A DNA stretch of 64,000 nt from Monocercomonoides exilis PA203. Lineage: Eukaryota; Protista; Preaxostyla. The stretch lies in NCBI GenBank assembly GCA_001643675.2, contig LSRY02000011.1, forward strand, positions 1,674,001-1,738,000. The letters are read 5' to 3'. Position 1 is the stretch's first letter. Every line of letters begins with the position of its first letter. Under the pieces are notes generated by a model, which worked only from the letters and a program-made list of their open reading frames with translations, was not told the DNA's origin and searched no databases. Made by a program: the position numbers and the translations under genes. Positions 37,897 to 50,700 of the stretch are shown here, piece by piece.

Positions 37897-40148
37897 TCAC
37901 TGAACAACGACTCGGACAGTTGGATGATGGAACGCAGAGTGTTTTTTGTACTCTGCTTTCAGCACGTTTCTGCTGCAGACGGGGCATCGAATGCGCGGCT
38001 CGTCAAAGTCATCGGCGTCTGAGTGCAGCTGAATGAGCTCGCTGGCTCTGCCTGGAGACACACTCATTCCGCACAATTCGCACCGCCTGTTTGTTTCTAT
38101 GCCCAGCTTCAGAGCATAAAAGCGGTCAAGCCCAACTTGCTGGTAGCCAAGCAGACACGCCCCCAGCATCTGCAGGGCCATGTCTCCTTCACCCGATGCA
38201 ATCAATGCATTCCCTGGAATCTTCAAAAGTGGAGTTGCCGAGGAAGGCTTGGCTTCAATCTTCTCTTTAGCTTTCTTTTTCACATCGGACGGAGCCTTTG
38301 AAAACGCAAACGTTTGCTTTGGAGCATTGTCTGCGCTTGGCGTGTGTTGGTGCTGTTTTCTCTTGAGGTTGGAAAGCAGCTCATCAACTTCCGCAAAATG
38401 GCTTGCTTTTGATGTGTGTTGGTCTGCCTTTGCTTCATTCATTTTTTTCTCGACTAGCTTCGGTAGCATCTCTGTTGGTGCAGGCGCAGGAGAATAAACA
38501 GGGAAAAATGGCTTCACAGCAAAAGTGCTTTCATTTGGCAGAGGGGAGCGACTATTCGAAAAAGAAGACGAATAGCCAGAAGAAGGAACAACAGGAACTC
38601 CACAAAACGGCACATGACCGACTTTGCTTCCAGGCAGCACAGGAAACACTGATTTGTCTTTTGTCTCGTTGCTGGTGCGAAGAACAGGCATCGAATATTC
38701 TTGTGGCGGAAAGGGAGCAAAAGTTGGCGATGCATCTGGACTCACACATTTCTTTGGGGCGACTGTCGGTGCATTTGAGCCAGTTCCATTTTGACAGGCT
38801 TTTGTGAGTGAATCAGAAGAGTGCGGCTGGCAACAAAGAGGTTGTGGCAATGGCGGTGCGAGTGAAGGAGAAAACAAACCTTGAGGATGATGCGAAGATG
38901 ATTGTGGTTGTGCGTTTTCAGGTGAAAAAGGAATAAAAGAGGAAGTGGTTGCTGCAGCAGGACCGAAATGCGTGAAGGCTTTTGTTGCTTTGGAAGATGG
39001 GCGCACGATTGGACTTGATGATGTTGGAGTGAATTTTGCTTGGGGATTATTTTGATTCTTTGGATGCGGCTGATGATGGACAATGCTTGGCTTATTCAAT
39101 TGAGGATTGCTTTCATCGCTTTTCGCCTCTTGTTCCTTTGCATTGCAGCTAACAGCTCCGGCTGTGCCATTCAGCTCTTTTTCTGCAATGTTCCTTTTGA
39201 AGAGGCTCACCAGAATAAAAGTTGCCTTTTCCAGAATTTTTTCGCTTTCGCTGCTGTTTCTCGCAATCGCCTCAACTTTCTTCTCAAGACAAGTCAGCAC
39301 CTCGGCAGGAGCACCATTTTTCGCAAGAAACGAAGCCAGCTCCAATGCTGCCAGCTTGAGGCCATCGGGAGACGTGGGCGAGCTCAGCACGTCTGCAACA
39401 TATGTGATTGTTGCATTCATCGGCTGATTGAAAAGAAGCGAATACGCTCTTGTCTTTGCTTGTTGCTCGTCTCTCTTTCCCTGCAGCACATTCCCTTCCC
39501 CTTGGATGCTTGCTGCCTTCTGTTGAATCGGAGCAATTTGTTGCTGTTTTTGCGCAACAGCACCCATCAAATGCCTAAAACACACCAAATGAAAAAGAAT
39601 CACACGCTTTTTGCTGGATCAAAATAATTCACAAACACAAATCCTTTTATTGTCTCTTGAGAAATGTCTGAATTGCTTGACTTTTCATCGACAACCACCG
39701 ATAAAAAACATTTCCAATACAATTCATACCAACATGAAATCTTGGACTGAAGCGAGCGCTGTTTGAGCGAGAAACAGCATGAGATCTTTGCTTTGCGAAT
39801 ACGCAATCAATATCAGGAGGATCAACGTTTTTACCTTTCAAACGAGCAAAAAAAACGGTCATATGCCATGTTCAACAAAAGAAAATATAAATTATTAAAA
39901 AAAAAAAAACCAAACTTTTATTGATTCGTCAACAGAAGCCGCCAGCGACTCCATGATGTAGCGAATTAACTTCACATTGTTCAAATGGCTTTCGTTGTCA
40001 CCAATATCTTCAATGGACACACAGTTTAATTTTCGAACATTCGAGCACTCACACCTTCCCAAGCAATCGCTCCAAGCTCGTCAAGAATCTCGTGCTGCTC
40101 TTGGGGCAATTTATGAGCCAGCTCTTGTACGGCTTGACTAACGTTCAT
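37897..40148 (-). CDS. Hypothetical protein: helical N-terminus, Pro/Ser-rich middle, two C-terminal zinc-finger-like motifs; ~5 exons
   Basis: ATG at 40148; four plausible GT-AG introns lead into the 568-aa frame. C-terminal CELC...H and CPVC-x12-H-x3-HH. Confidence 0.6.
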
Positions 40149-41000
40149 GCGTTATTGCAAAATCAAGCATAAATGCATCGTAGCAAATCAACAAAGAAAA
40201 TAATTGAAAAATCAGATTATTTGTGATGTTCAAAGGCAAGCACAAGATAAATAACAGCAATGCAAAATAATCAAATATTCACATACATGTTCAGCATCGT
40301 CCATCAATTACTGACTTCAAAACACTTGCACAGAAGCTCAAAAGTCACACGAAAAAATATCACAAAATAATTTAGGGCATGAAATAGAGAAAACAAATAT
40401 TTTAACCAAACTTCACAAAATGCTTCAATGGAACATTGTAAGGAAAAGAATTAACAGAATTCGTTCTATTTTCCTCCTTTTCAATTTTTATGAGAAAAAA
40501 ACAATTGATGTTGTCAGATTTCAATATCAAAAAAATTATTAAAGATTTTTTTTGTATTATTTGGGATATTAAAAATCAACATTTTTATAATCATGAAAAA
40601 CATCTGTGTTCAGCGAGCACTTTTTTATAAAACTTTTGCCCTTAATAAAGTTATCAAGAGAAAATATTTATAAATGCGATTTTCGTTTAACACACGCCCT
40701 GAGCACGGCTCTTTTGAATGATCTGCACAGTAAAATGAAGCGTCTTACTGAATATTGGGTGTATCACGAATCGGACTAGACGCGAAAAGAACAGCGAGGA
40801 AAGAAAAGTATTTTGGAATGATTTTTTGGCGATGAAATGTCTTTAACCGAGATCAATCGCAAAACTGTGTATTTTAGTGGATTCCAAAAATGATCCGAGC
40901 GATGCGGGGAAAGAGCCGTTTTGAAGATGTTTTGAGGAAGATATGGTTTTCATAATATTTTGAGCATTTGTCGAAGAAACAAGAATTCGCAAAAGCAGAA

Positions 41001-42092
41001 ATGGCACGCATGATTAAGACAGTATTTGTTAGGACCATGGAGATCCGGTGCTTTGCGCTGGAGCAAGTGACATTTGAGGCGCTTGAAAACAAAGTTCGAG
41101 GGCTGTATGGGATTGGCGAGGCAGAGAAATTGTCAGTCGGATACGTTGACGAGGAGCAGGACTTTGTCAGCGTTGGGAGCACAGAAGAGCTGGCAGTGGG
41201 GCTGGCCTGGAGAGACGATAAGAAGCCTTTGAAACTGTTTGTGAAAGTTGCTGCGGCTCAAAAAGAGCAGAAAGAAGCAGGAGAGCAGAAAGACAAGCAG
41301 ACAGAGTGCGCATGCGATGAGTGGAAGCGGAAGCGATGCGAAAGACGAAGGGCAATTTGGGAAAAGAGATGGATGATGAAGCGATACAACGAAGCAAAGA
41401 TGGAGCGAATGGGTTTTGGAGAGTCAGAAAGCGAAAGTGACAAAAGTTGGAAAAGAGGCGAAAGATGCATTGAGAGACACAGAAGACACTGCTGCGGAGG
41501 AAGAATGGAAAGGATGCGGAGAGCAATGATGTGGCAGAGGATGAGAGAAATGATGAGGATGAGGAATCTCAGAGGCTGCTCAGAGCTGGGGAAATGCGAG
41601 CCGTGCCGATGCAGAGCAGCAAGAAAGGCAGAAACAGGAGCAGGAGACGCAGAAAAGTGCGGGATGCACCATGGCCACCATTTCCACCGGGGCTGCTGCA
41701 GAGGAGAGAACAGGCGCTGGATGATGAAGGGGAAGTGTGAAGAGCCAGAGGCACGCTGCAGAGGGCATTGGATGCACAAGTGCAGTGCTGAGCCAGAGCA
41801 TCAACATTTCCACCATCATCATCGCCATTGCGACACAGAAATGGGGTGGGGAAGAAGAGGACGAGGGAGAGGAAGAGAGATGGGATGCCCATTCATGCGC
41901 CGCAGACATTGGGGAGGATGTTCAGGAGAAAGAGAAGGGACAAGCGTTGAGGCTGAATATGCAGCACGATCTGCCTCTGCCTCTTCATCTGCCTCCTCAT
42001 CGTCATCCACTTCATTGTCCTCCTCGGAGTCTTTGTTTGATTCCGAGGCACAGGCAGAAATGGCATCTGAGGAAGGATGCGAACAGGAATAA
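41001..42092 (+). CDS. PB1-domain protein with Cys/His/Met/Arg-rich C-terminal region
   Basis: N-terminal IKTVF..EIR (basic Lys) and YVDEEQDFVSVGSTEEL (OPCA motif) indicate a type I/II PB1 domain. First ATG at 41001. Confidence 0.8.
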   Translation: MARMIKTVFVRTMEIRCFALEQVTFEALENKVRGLYGIGEAEKLSVGYVDEEQDFVSVGSTEELAVGLAWRDDKKPLKLFVKVAAAQKEQKEAGEQKDKQTECACDEWKRKRCERRRAIWEKRWMMKRYNEAKMERMGFGESESESDKSWKRGERCIERHRRHCCGGRMERMRRAMMWQRMREMMRMRNLRGCSELGKCEPCRCRAARKAETGAGDAEKCGMHHGHHFHRGCCRGENRRWMMKGKCEEPEARCRGHWMHKCSAEPEHQHFHHHHRHCDTEMGWGRRGRGRGREMGCPFMRRRHWGGCSGEREGTSVEAEYAARSASASSSASSSSSTSLSSSESLFDSEAQAEMASEEGCEQE

Positions 42093-44721
42093 GGGAATAA
42101 TGGCTTTCAGGATTTGTGCTGGATGAAACACATGGCTTTTGTTTCGTTGTGGAAAAAGTCGATTTTTATTTTTATTTTTCATTTTCATCGTTTCACTTTT
42201 TCTTTCTTTCTTTCTTTCTTTTTCTTTTGTTTTTAAAAATTTTTCATTTTTCATTTTTTAGATAATTTAATAACAGATAATAAAGAAAATATGAATAACA
42301 AGCTCAATATTTTCCCATTAAAAATTCCAGTTTTTCAATAATTGGAAAATCTCATTTGCCGATTCGTTATCATTTAATTTTACTCTTTATATCACTTAAC
42401 CGCAACTAATTACAATGGTCTGCATGGTAAATTTGTAATTTTTCTGTTCTCAAAACAGGGAGGCAACGCATAAGCAGTTTTTTCTTTCTGTGATAGATTT
42501 CGATCCTGGAACTGATGATTTGGATAACATGTACCCCCATGCATTTGTAGATGATAATGGAAGAGTCAGTTCTTTTTATTACAGTGTTTTTTCAACTTGC
42601 GTCATGCTTTCAAGAAAGAAACAAGCAATCGAATCTGTGTTTTGAGTCCTGTGCGCATTTCGTGAACTGGCCTTTACCAATCTGGCATATTATTTGAATC
42701 TATATTTGTTGTGATGCATTTTATTTGGGAGCGAAGAATCCAAGCAACGTTTGTGAGTTTTGAAACATTCAACAATTTCGACCAAAAGCCTTCTAAAGCA
42801 GAGAATATTTTTCCGATTCATCTCTGCCTTCACTGCTCATAATGTTTGCCCTATCTTTTTTGCATTTAGAGATATAAATATTTGCATTTTTATTTTATTA
42901 TTTTATTTTTATTTTTCATTGTCTTTGTTTTTTTGCGATTGTTGTACTCCTGATAGATTTAACAGAAATATTTTTGCCATTTTTTTATGCATTAGAAAGT
43001 GCGCCATAATTCATTGGGCGAATGCGAATGAGATATAAGATGGAAAAACGCGAATGTTCATCCAAAATCTTTTTTGTTTGCTGTATATCTTTTGTGAGCG
43101 ACTTGTTCTCTCTTTTCTGCATACCGCCGTTTTATCCCCTTGAAGTCAACATTGTACAAACTCTCACGTTTCTGACCATTCTCATTTTTCGCGATTCAAT
43201 CTTTTTTTTTTGCGAGCCAACATTCTGCTTATCTGCTGGAGACAATTCACAACAGCAGCCTTTCAATTGCGTTTTATTCTCTGGCAGCTTTTTCTTTTCT
43301 GTGCATTCGCTCACTGACTGTTGGTACTGGAGCTTTTTCAATTTTTCTGCTTGCTGTTTCTCCACACTTCCTCTTCAGCGATGAATTCACTTCAACTGAT
43401 TGCACACAGAAAGCACTAAGCCTTCTATCCGATTCAGTAGCAAGTTTGCCCAAAGAAACAGCTCTTCATTTTACAGCAGAAGATTTATGGATTTCTTCTA
43501 TTCGCATTCAGCATTTCTCTTTGCTGGCCGAAGTGCAGACGCTCTGACGTATCGCTTTTGTTCGGATTTTGCTTTTCAGAAGTAGCTGGTTTTGGATTTA
43601 TTGGGGACTCTGCTCCTTTCAATTTGCATTGGACTTGTTGGATGAGCTCGATCGCAGAAAAATGTTCAAGAAAAGTGAACATGCTATATTACTTGAGCTC
43701 TTTGCACATGAAGCAGAAAAACCACACAGCTGAAAGGGTTTTCTGGATTGCTTCAACAATATTCAACCAATATCTGCAGTACGTGTGGTATTATTGCTGA
43801 AGATTTTTCAGAAGAAGCCAAAGGAAGAGGACTCACCTGGATTCGAAAAGGCAGAGATTCAGATTGGTGAAAGGAGCATCAAGCCAAAGAGAAAATAGGC
43901 ATTTTCTATTTATTCCAATTGAATTGAAATCATCAGGTTTATTTAGCTATCGATCCATGAGCGCTGATTGTGCGTATTATTTTATTGTTTTCTCAGAGAG
44001 GCAGACAAACTTGACAACAGCAAAACTGGAATTGCAGGAAATGGTTCGTATTTATTATTGAATGGCCTGAAGCGTTGCCAAAGGACTTTTCAAAAAAGAA
44101 AAAAAAAACTATCACTCGTGAGCTTGCTCATGCAAAGTCATGTTTGGATTTACACTTTCAGTCAAAACCATTCAGATTATGGCTGAAAATGTGGTTGAAT
44201 CATTTGCGAACAGATTCAGAAAATGAAAATGAAGATAGGCTGAAATGGAAGAAACAAACAGCGAAACGGTCCTTTTCTTTCTTATTTTCACATTGATTTT
44301 ATTTGATCTTGCATTGGAAAAAGATTGTGAGTCAAAAATGCACCTAAATTTGTGAAGGCCACGATTGAGAGACAGAAATATGAGATTTTGAATAATACGA
44401 GGAAGAATGAGAAAGTAATTTCAATAAAGATGTCATTGTTGCTGAATTACAGAAGCCATTGCAAATTTGAATTTGAAAAGTCTGATGCCTTGTTTTGGCC
44501 ATTTGAATGAAGCTCGAATTTTGATTTTTCAACAAAAAGAAAATAATGACAACAATACAAAAGGGAAAAAATATCAAAATCAATCATCATATGAAAAGCA
44601 TTATTGAAGCCATCTCAAGGTGATCTATATTGGGTATTTCTGATCTGTTTCATTTTTTGGAATATCAGAAATGATATAGCAATGGGTTTGATCAAGCGTG
44701 CAAAATCAAACAACATTCGCA

Positions 44722-47700
44722 ATGGCGGGGCGGCTGCTGGACTGGGTTGTCTTTGTGTGTGCAAGCATTATTAATGCATATTGCTTGAATGATGACGATA
44801 CAGAAAGCAGTTGCATGCAGAGGCACAGCTTGCCTGTTCCAACTCCTCATATTCCCCAAGTGCGTGTTACAAAGACAGTCATATCGTGCTCATCTTCATT
44901 GCAATTTGAAAATAGTTCGGCTCTTCTTCGTTGCCTCACATTTGCTGCTTCTGGAAGCATTTCTCCTCGATTTAATCTTTCAAGCACTTTTGTGCAAATT
45001 ATTGAGAGCACCGTGGAATGTGACGTGCATGGTATAACCAGCCCGTTTTGGAGTTGCGATGGTTCTATTTGCCTTGAAAATGTGACATTTGTGAACCCTT
45101 CAAGTTGCAGTGTGATTGCTCCACTTGTGTCACAGCATCCTTGTGCTGCATCTTCGTTTCCCCAAGCTTTTGAACTGTCATCATCTTCGATTCACTCGTT
45201 TGTTCTCACTTCTTCGCCTTTTCTTCCGTCTGCACCATTCATTTCAGCAAACATTCATCGATCAACCTTCTCCAACATCACATTGTCACCCGATTTCAGC
45301 TTGGAAAACGATAACCGATTTGGTCCAAGGGAAACATCTATGAGCAACACTGTGTTCACGAACGTGAAGAATGTGTATGATGGCGGAATTGTTCGGTCTG
45401 TGAATGCGCCTGAAAACAGCCTTGTGTGCACCAACTGCTCGTTTTTGTTTTGCAACAGAGGACTCAGCAACGATACTCGCCAGCGTCATCCTTCGCGTGT
45501 AACTTATTCCAATAAATCCTGTTCTTTCAATGACTCTTTATTCACATTTACGTCTGAAGGTCAAGGAGGAGCAATATATGTGGGTGGAAACGGTTCTCTG
45601 TGTGTTTATCGATGCACTTTCAAAGATTGCCATTCTATGGATAGGGGTGGAGCAATGTTTTGTAGCTATTTTTCGCATTGCTTTGTTTGCGATTCTGATT
45701 TCTGCGGATGCAAAGCCGAAAGCGCAGATGGTGCAATTACTTACTGGCATGGAAATCATCATTTAACGAAATCCTGCGTATTTGTAAATTGCACATCAGG
45801 AAGTTTTTTTGGAGCAATGAATTGCGAAGGAGTACCAATTGATAATCTTTTGTTGAATTGCACTTTTTCTTATTGTTGTTGCAATAAATCATATGCAGGC
45901 GTTTTGGGTATTCCCTATCCACTTGCTGAGTTTTATATTGTGGATTCTTTGTTTGAACATTCATCTTCAGCCCAAGCAGCTGGAGCTATATCATTATATG
46001 GTAGTTCTGATAACTCGTCAATGAATTGGAAATTTTTGCTTTTTCGCAACAACACATCGCCTTTGGGAAATGATGTGCAAGCAGTCTCATCAATGGCTGA
46101 TAAAGTGAACAAAAGCCAATTTGTGAGTTGTTTTTCTTCGAGTCAACAGCCTCGATTTATTCATTGCCCCAAATCAGGATCGTGCAGCAGTGCTAACAAT
46201 GAGGCAGATTGGCTGCCTGATCCTTCTCCTGTGGAGATCAATGTGAAGGGGGCAGGAGAAGACCTGGCATCGTGCGGAGGAGAAGGAAGCGAATGCAAAA
46301 CCGTTGGCCATGCGCTGACTCGTTCGATCTCGGTGCTGAGCCAACGGATTCTGCTTCACAGCGAAGGATTTACCGTTGGGCACATTGAGGTGGACATGCA
46401 GTATATTGTGGTGAAAGCAAAGTTTCCTTCACAAGAACAAGGCAGCAGGCCGGCCATCACGACAAGCACATCAGCAGAGGTATTCTGCAATGTTGTTGAA
46501 GGGTTGTTGAGTGTGGAAGGAGTGGACATTATCCATTCCTCGGGAAAGTGGCCTTCCACTTCTCTTTTCAGAGTTGCAGCGGATGGAAAATTGGTGCTCG
46601 CAGGAATGACGATTTCATCTGCCACTGGGGATGTTGCTTCGTTCACATGCAGTGTGGTTGAGATATTGTCAAGCGGAGCATCAATGGAACTTGAGAGAGT
46701 GTGCTTCTCGAAAATAAAGACAGAGAAGCCTGTGCTGTCATTTGTGGATAATGCTCAGCTGCACATTGCAGAAGTCTCGTTTTCAGGGGTGGAACGCACA
46801 GCAGGGAATGGAGGTGTGCTGGAAGTGAAAGTGCAAGCAGGGGAGACTGTGGAGTTGATGAACATGTCGTTTTCGTCGTGCAGTTGTTCAAATGGGAATG
46901 GAGGAGGGATGTGTGTGGAGGCAGATAGTGGAGCAAAAGTGGCTGTTGGGAATGGATCTTCACCGAGTGGAGGAGTAGCATTCGGAGCATGTGTGGCAAG
47001 CAAATTAGGGGGAGGGATATATTTGCGTTTGGGAGATGGAAGTGTGGATGTGAGATTGAATGGGTTGACTTTTACCGGATGTTCTGCATCAGCTGGAAGA
47101 GATGCGTTTGTGAATGCATACAACATGAAGAAAGCAGTGGAGAACAGATTGATATCATTTGGGATTGAGATGAGCGATGTGCACTGTGTGGAAGGGTATG
47201 AGAGATCGACAACGAACGAGAGGTTTGTGATTCCTGTTGTTGTGTATTTGTGGGAGAATCGCTCAACCCGGGCATATGTGAGCAATGGCAACGAGAGGGG
47301 TGCAGACTTCACTGGCTGTGGGTTTGCAGAGTATCCGTGCAGGAGTGTGGAAGGAGCGGTGCAGATGCGATTTGGAGAGTCAGACCGGAGGCTGCGGCTG
47401 TGTGAAGGGTTTGTGTTTGATCACGAATTGGCGTTGGATGCGAGATCGTTTGACATTGACGCAGATGCAAAGGGAAGTGTGAAAGTGCATGTGGAATCTG
47501 TGGATGCTGCAGGGGGAGCAGGGCTCGTGATGTGCAGTGTGGGGGTTGTGTTTACGAACCTCACATTTGAGCTTGGTGGAAGAGTTGGAGCGAAGAAATC
47601 CTTTTTGCATTGCGCGTCTGGATCGTTGAGAGTGAAAGACTGCTCGATGAGCATGGCACTTGACACAACACGCGTGCACTATTCTCTCATTAGCGTATCA

Positions 47701-50700
47701 AGTGGAATTCTCACGATTGTGGGGTTTGTTGTATCCAGAGAAAACAATGTTGTATTTGAGGGAGCTGCGGTGGTGGAGGTTTCAGGATCAGGCAGTTGCA
47801 CTGTGAGCGAAATGCAGCTCAACGGCACAACCACAAGCAGCACAGCTGGGCTGGTGCACATCTCGTCTTCAGGCACAACAGCTGTGAAATACAGCAACTT
47901 TTCGGATGCTGTGCTTCCATGCGGTGGCGTTGTGTGCTCCACATGCATCAAGAGTGTTGAGGTTTCAAATTCTACGTTTGACAATATCACGCGCTCATCA
48001 GGAGATGGATCGTGCATATGCTTTGGTGAGGCAAACAGTGGCTGTAAAGGGAGCGGGGAAGCAGAGATACTGAACTGCACAATGAAGAATTGCCATGTCT
48101 CTGGGGAAGCAGCGTGTGGAGGAGCTGTGGCTGTGGATATTGGTGGAGAAAGTGTTGTGAATGTGAGGGATTGTAGAATGGAAGAATGTTCAGCACGGTT
48201 TGGTGTTGGCTCAAACGGAAAGGGAGGTGCGATGTTTTTGGCACTTCGAAGCTCCACTTCCTTTTTCACGCTTGGCGCTGTGCTTGCGTTCACTTCCAAT
48301 TCAGCGAAGTTTGGGAATGATGTGTTTGTGGAAGCACCTAAATTGGATTTGGCTGTCACGACGAGCAGCTTCCAGTTCTTCGACAAGAACCAGCCATTCT
48401 CTCGAGATGCAGCGTGCGGGACTGACAGTCGCTGGGAGAATGTGGCTATTCCGCTTGTGTTCTATTTGATGGAAAGGGAGCAGGATGTGAGCGTGGCAGG
48501 CGGCGGAGAGGATGTAACTATTTGTGGGTTTGCAGAATATCCATGCAAAACGATTTCATTTGGACTGACGTTGCAGCCAGCTGAGAAGTCGATTCTGCTT
48601 CCAGCAGAGTTTGACCTTTGCGAGTATCTTCATCTGAGAGATTCTTTTGGCTGCCAAATTGGCTCAGAGCCACAATCTTCGACTTCATCCTCGCTATGCA
48701 CAATGAGGATGCTGGGGGATGGAAGCGCAGTTGAGGAATATGTTGGAGTTGAGCAGGATGTGAGAATATGCAATGTGAGGTTTGCGGTTGACTGCTGTAT
48801 GCGTCAGCCAGAGAAAGGATTGTTTGTGGTTTCTTCAGACAGTGGAATGTGCAAAATGAGCGGATGTGGAGTGTGCATGAGCACTTCAGCTTCAAGAGGT
48901 GCAGAAGCAGCCGTAAGAAGCGAGTTTTGCGTTGTGGAAAAAGGGAAGCTGGAATTGGTAGAATTTTTGGCAGAATCGCTGAAAGTGGAGCATTTTGGGC
49001 TGATCTGTGTGTGTGGAACAGGGGTGTGTGTGGTGAATGGATGCATTGTGAACAATTGCGAGTGGACATCTGAGAGAAGTGTATTTGAGTATTCGTCGAG
49101 TGGATCAATGAGTATGGAAGGTGTGGTGGTTGAGAATGTGGGGTGCAGCAGCTGCTCTGTGATTGAGGATGCAAATGGATCGTCTCTGGTTGTGGAAAAC
49201 AGCACATTTGGGAAGGTGACTCGAGGGATGGGGAATGGGAGCGTGATTAGGTGTGATGCCGAGGATGCATCTTCGGTTGTGGAGATATGGAACATTACAG
49301 TGAGTGAAGCAGCTGCAGTGGATGGATGTGGAGGAGCATTGTCAACAATTGTGGGAGATTGTGCGCACGTGAAAATTGGTGGAGGAATCGAGACAAAATC
49401 TGCATTTTGTTTGTGCCAAGCAGGGATGGGGAGCCAAAGAGAAAGCAAAGAAGGGGCTGAATATAGAGCCGTTAGGATTGTAGATGGGAATGGGAATGGA
49501 CTTGGAGGGGCGGTGCATGTGAAATGCATGGGAACTGCGGAGAATGTTGCATTTACAGAAATGCTGTTTGGTGCAGGTGTTCAAGCGAACAGAGCTGAAT
49601 GGCTGGGAAAGAACATGTTTGTGGAGGGGGATGATCTGAGCAAAATAGTGAAGGCAGAGGTATTTGGGTTTGAGATTGACGTGGAGTCGAACAGCACGTT
49701 TGAGGAGCTGAATGGGTTTGAAGGAGGGAATGAGTCGTATGGGATTCCTCTGGCAGTGTTTCTGATGGATTTTGATGGGCTTGCACGCGTGGCAGGAACA
49801 GATGAAGGAACAGGCGCAGCAGACTATCGGATGTGTGGTGTTGCACAATATCCGTGTGTGAGTGTTCTGTTTGCAGCATCTGCGAGGTTTGGGGAGGAGA
49901 CAGCTTCAATTGTGCTCACAAGTTCATTTGAATTCCAAGAACGCATCGTGCTTGGCAGCAGGCAGGATGTTGCGATTGTTGCTGGTGCTGATGGTTCAGG
50001 TGGAACAATTAATGTTTCGCCAGATGGAAGTGGGGAAGGCGAGAGTGTTGTGGAGTCGAAGCACAACACGACTTTTCGGGGAATGGAGTTTGTTCTTCCA
50101 GCAAGCTTTGTGGAGGTTAGTCGCTGCTGTTTCATGTTGTGCAGCAGTGGTACACTTGCAGTGGATGAATGTTCAGCGAGCAGAGCAGGGGACGGAAGGA
50201 TATCATATTCGTTCTTGAAGGCAACAAGTGGCACAGCATCACTTTCAACATTCAGTATTCAGGATGTTGGGATGGGAGCTGTGCCTGTGGTGGAAGGAAG
50301 AGGAGTCGATGCAAGGATTGTGCTCGACAATGTGACTCTGAGTGGGGTGAGTTCAGAGTGCACGACAGGGCTTGTTGTGCTGAGTGGAGGATGCAGTGGC
50401 GATGTGCAGAACTCGTCAGTGAGGGCAGCCACAACAGGCAACCACTGTGTAATTGCTATTTCGGAAGCATCAAGCGCAAGGGTGGAAAACAGCAACTTCA
50501 CAGAGCTTGTGAGGAGAGCCGGGGATGGAGGTGTGGTGGCAGGAGATGTGAGCGGAGGAGCGAAGCTGGAGATGAAGGGGTGTCGATTGAGTGGTGTTGC
50601 ATGCTTGGAAGCAGGTGGAAAGGGAGGGAGCATGAAGATGCGAGCAGCAGTAGATGGGGTTGTTGTGTGCGAGAATAACAGCGTGGAGCGCAGCACTCTC

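Noticed and set aside
40680-40990. Possible snoRNA or ncRNA in the GC-richer stretch upstream of the PB1 gene
   Set aside because: Only partial box C/D-like words and no clear terminal stem; unsupported without an Infernal search.
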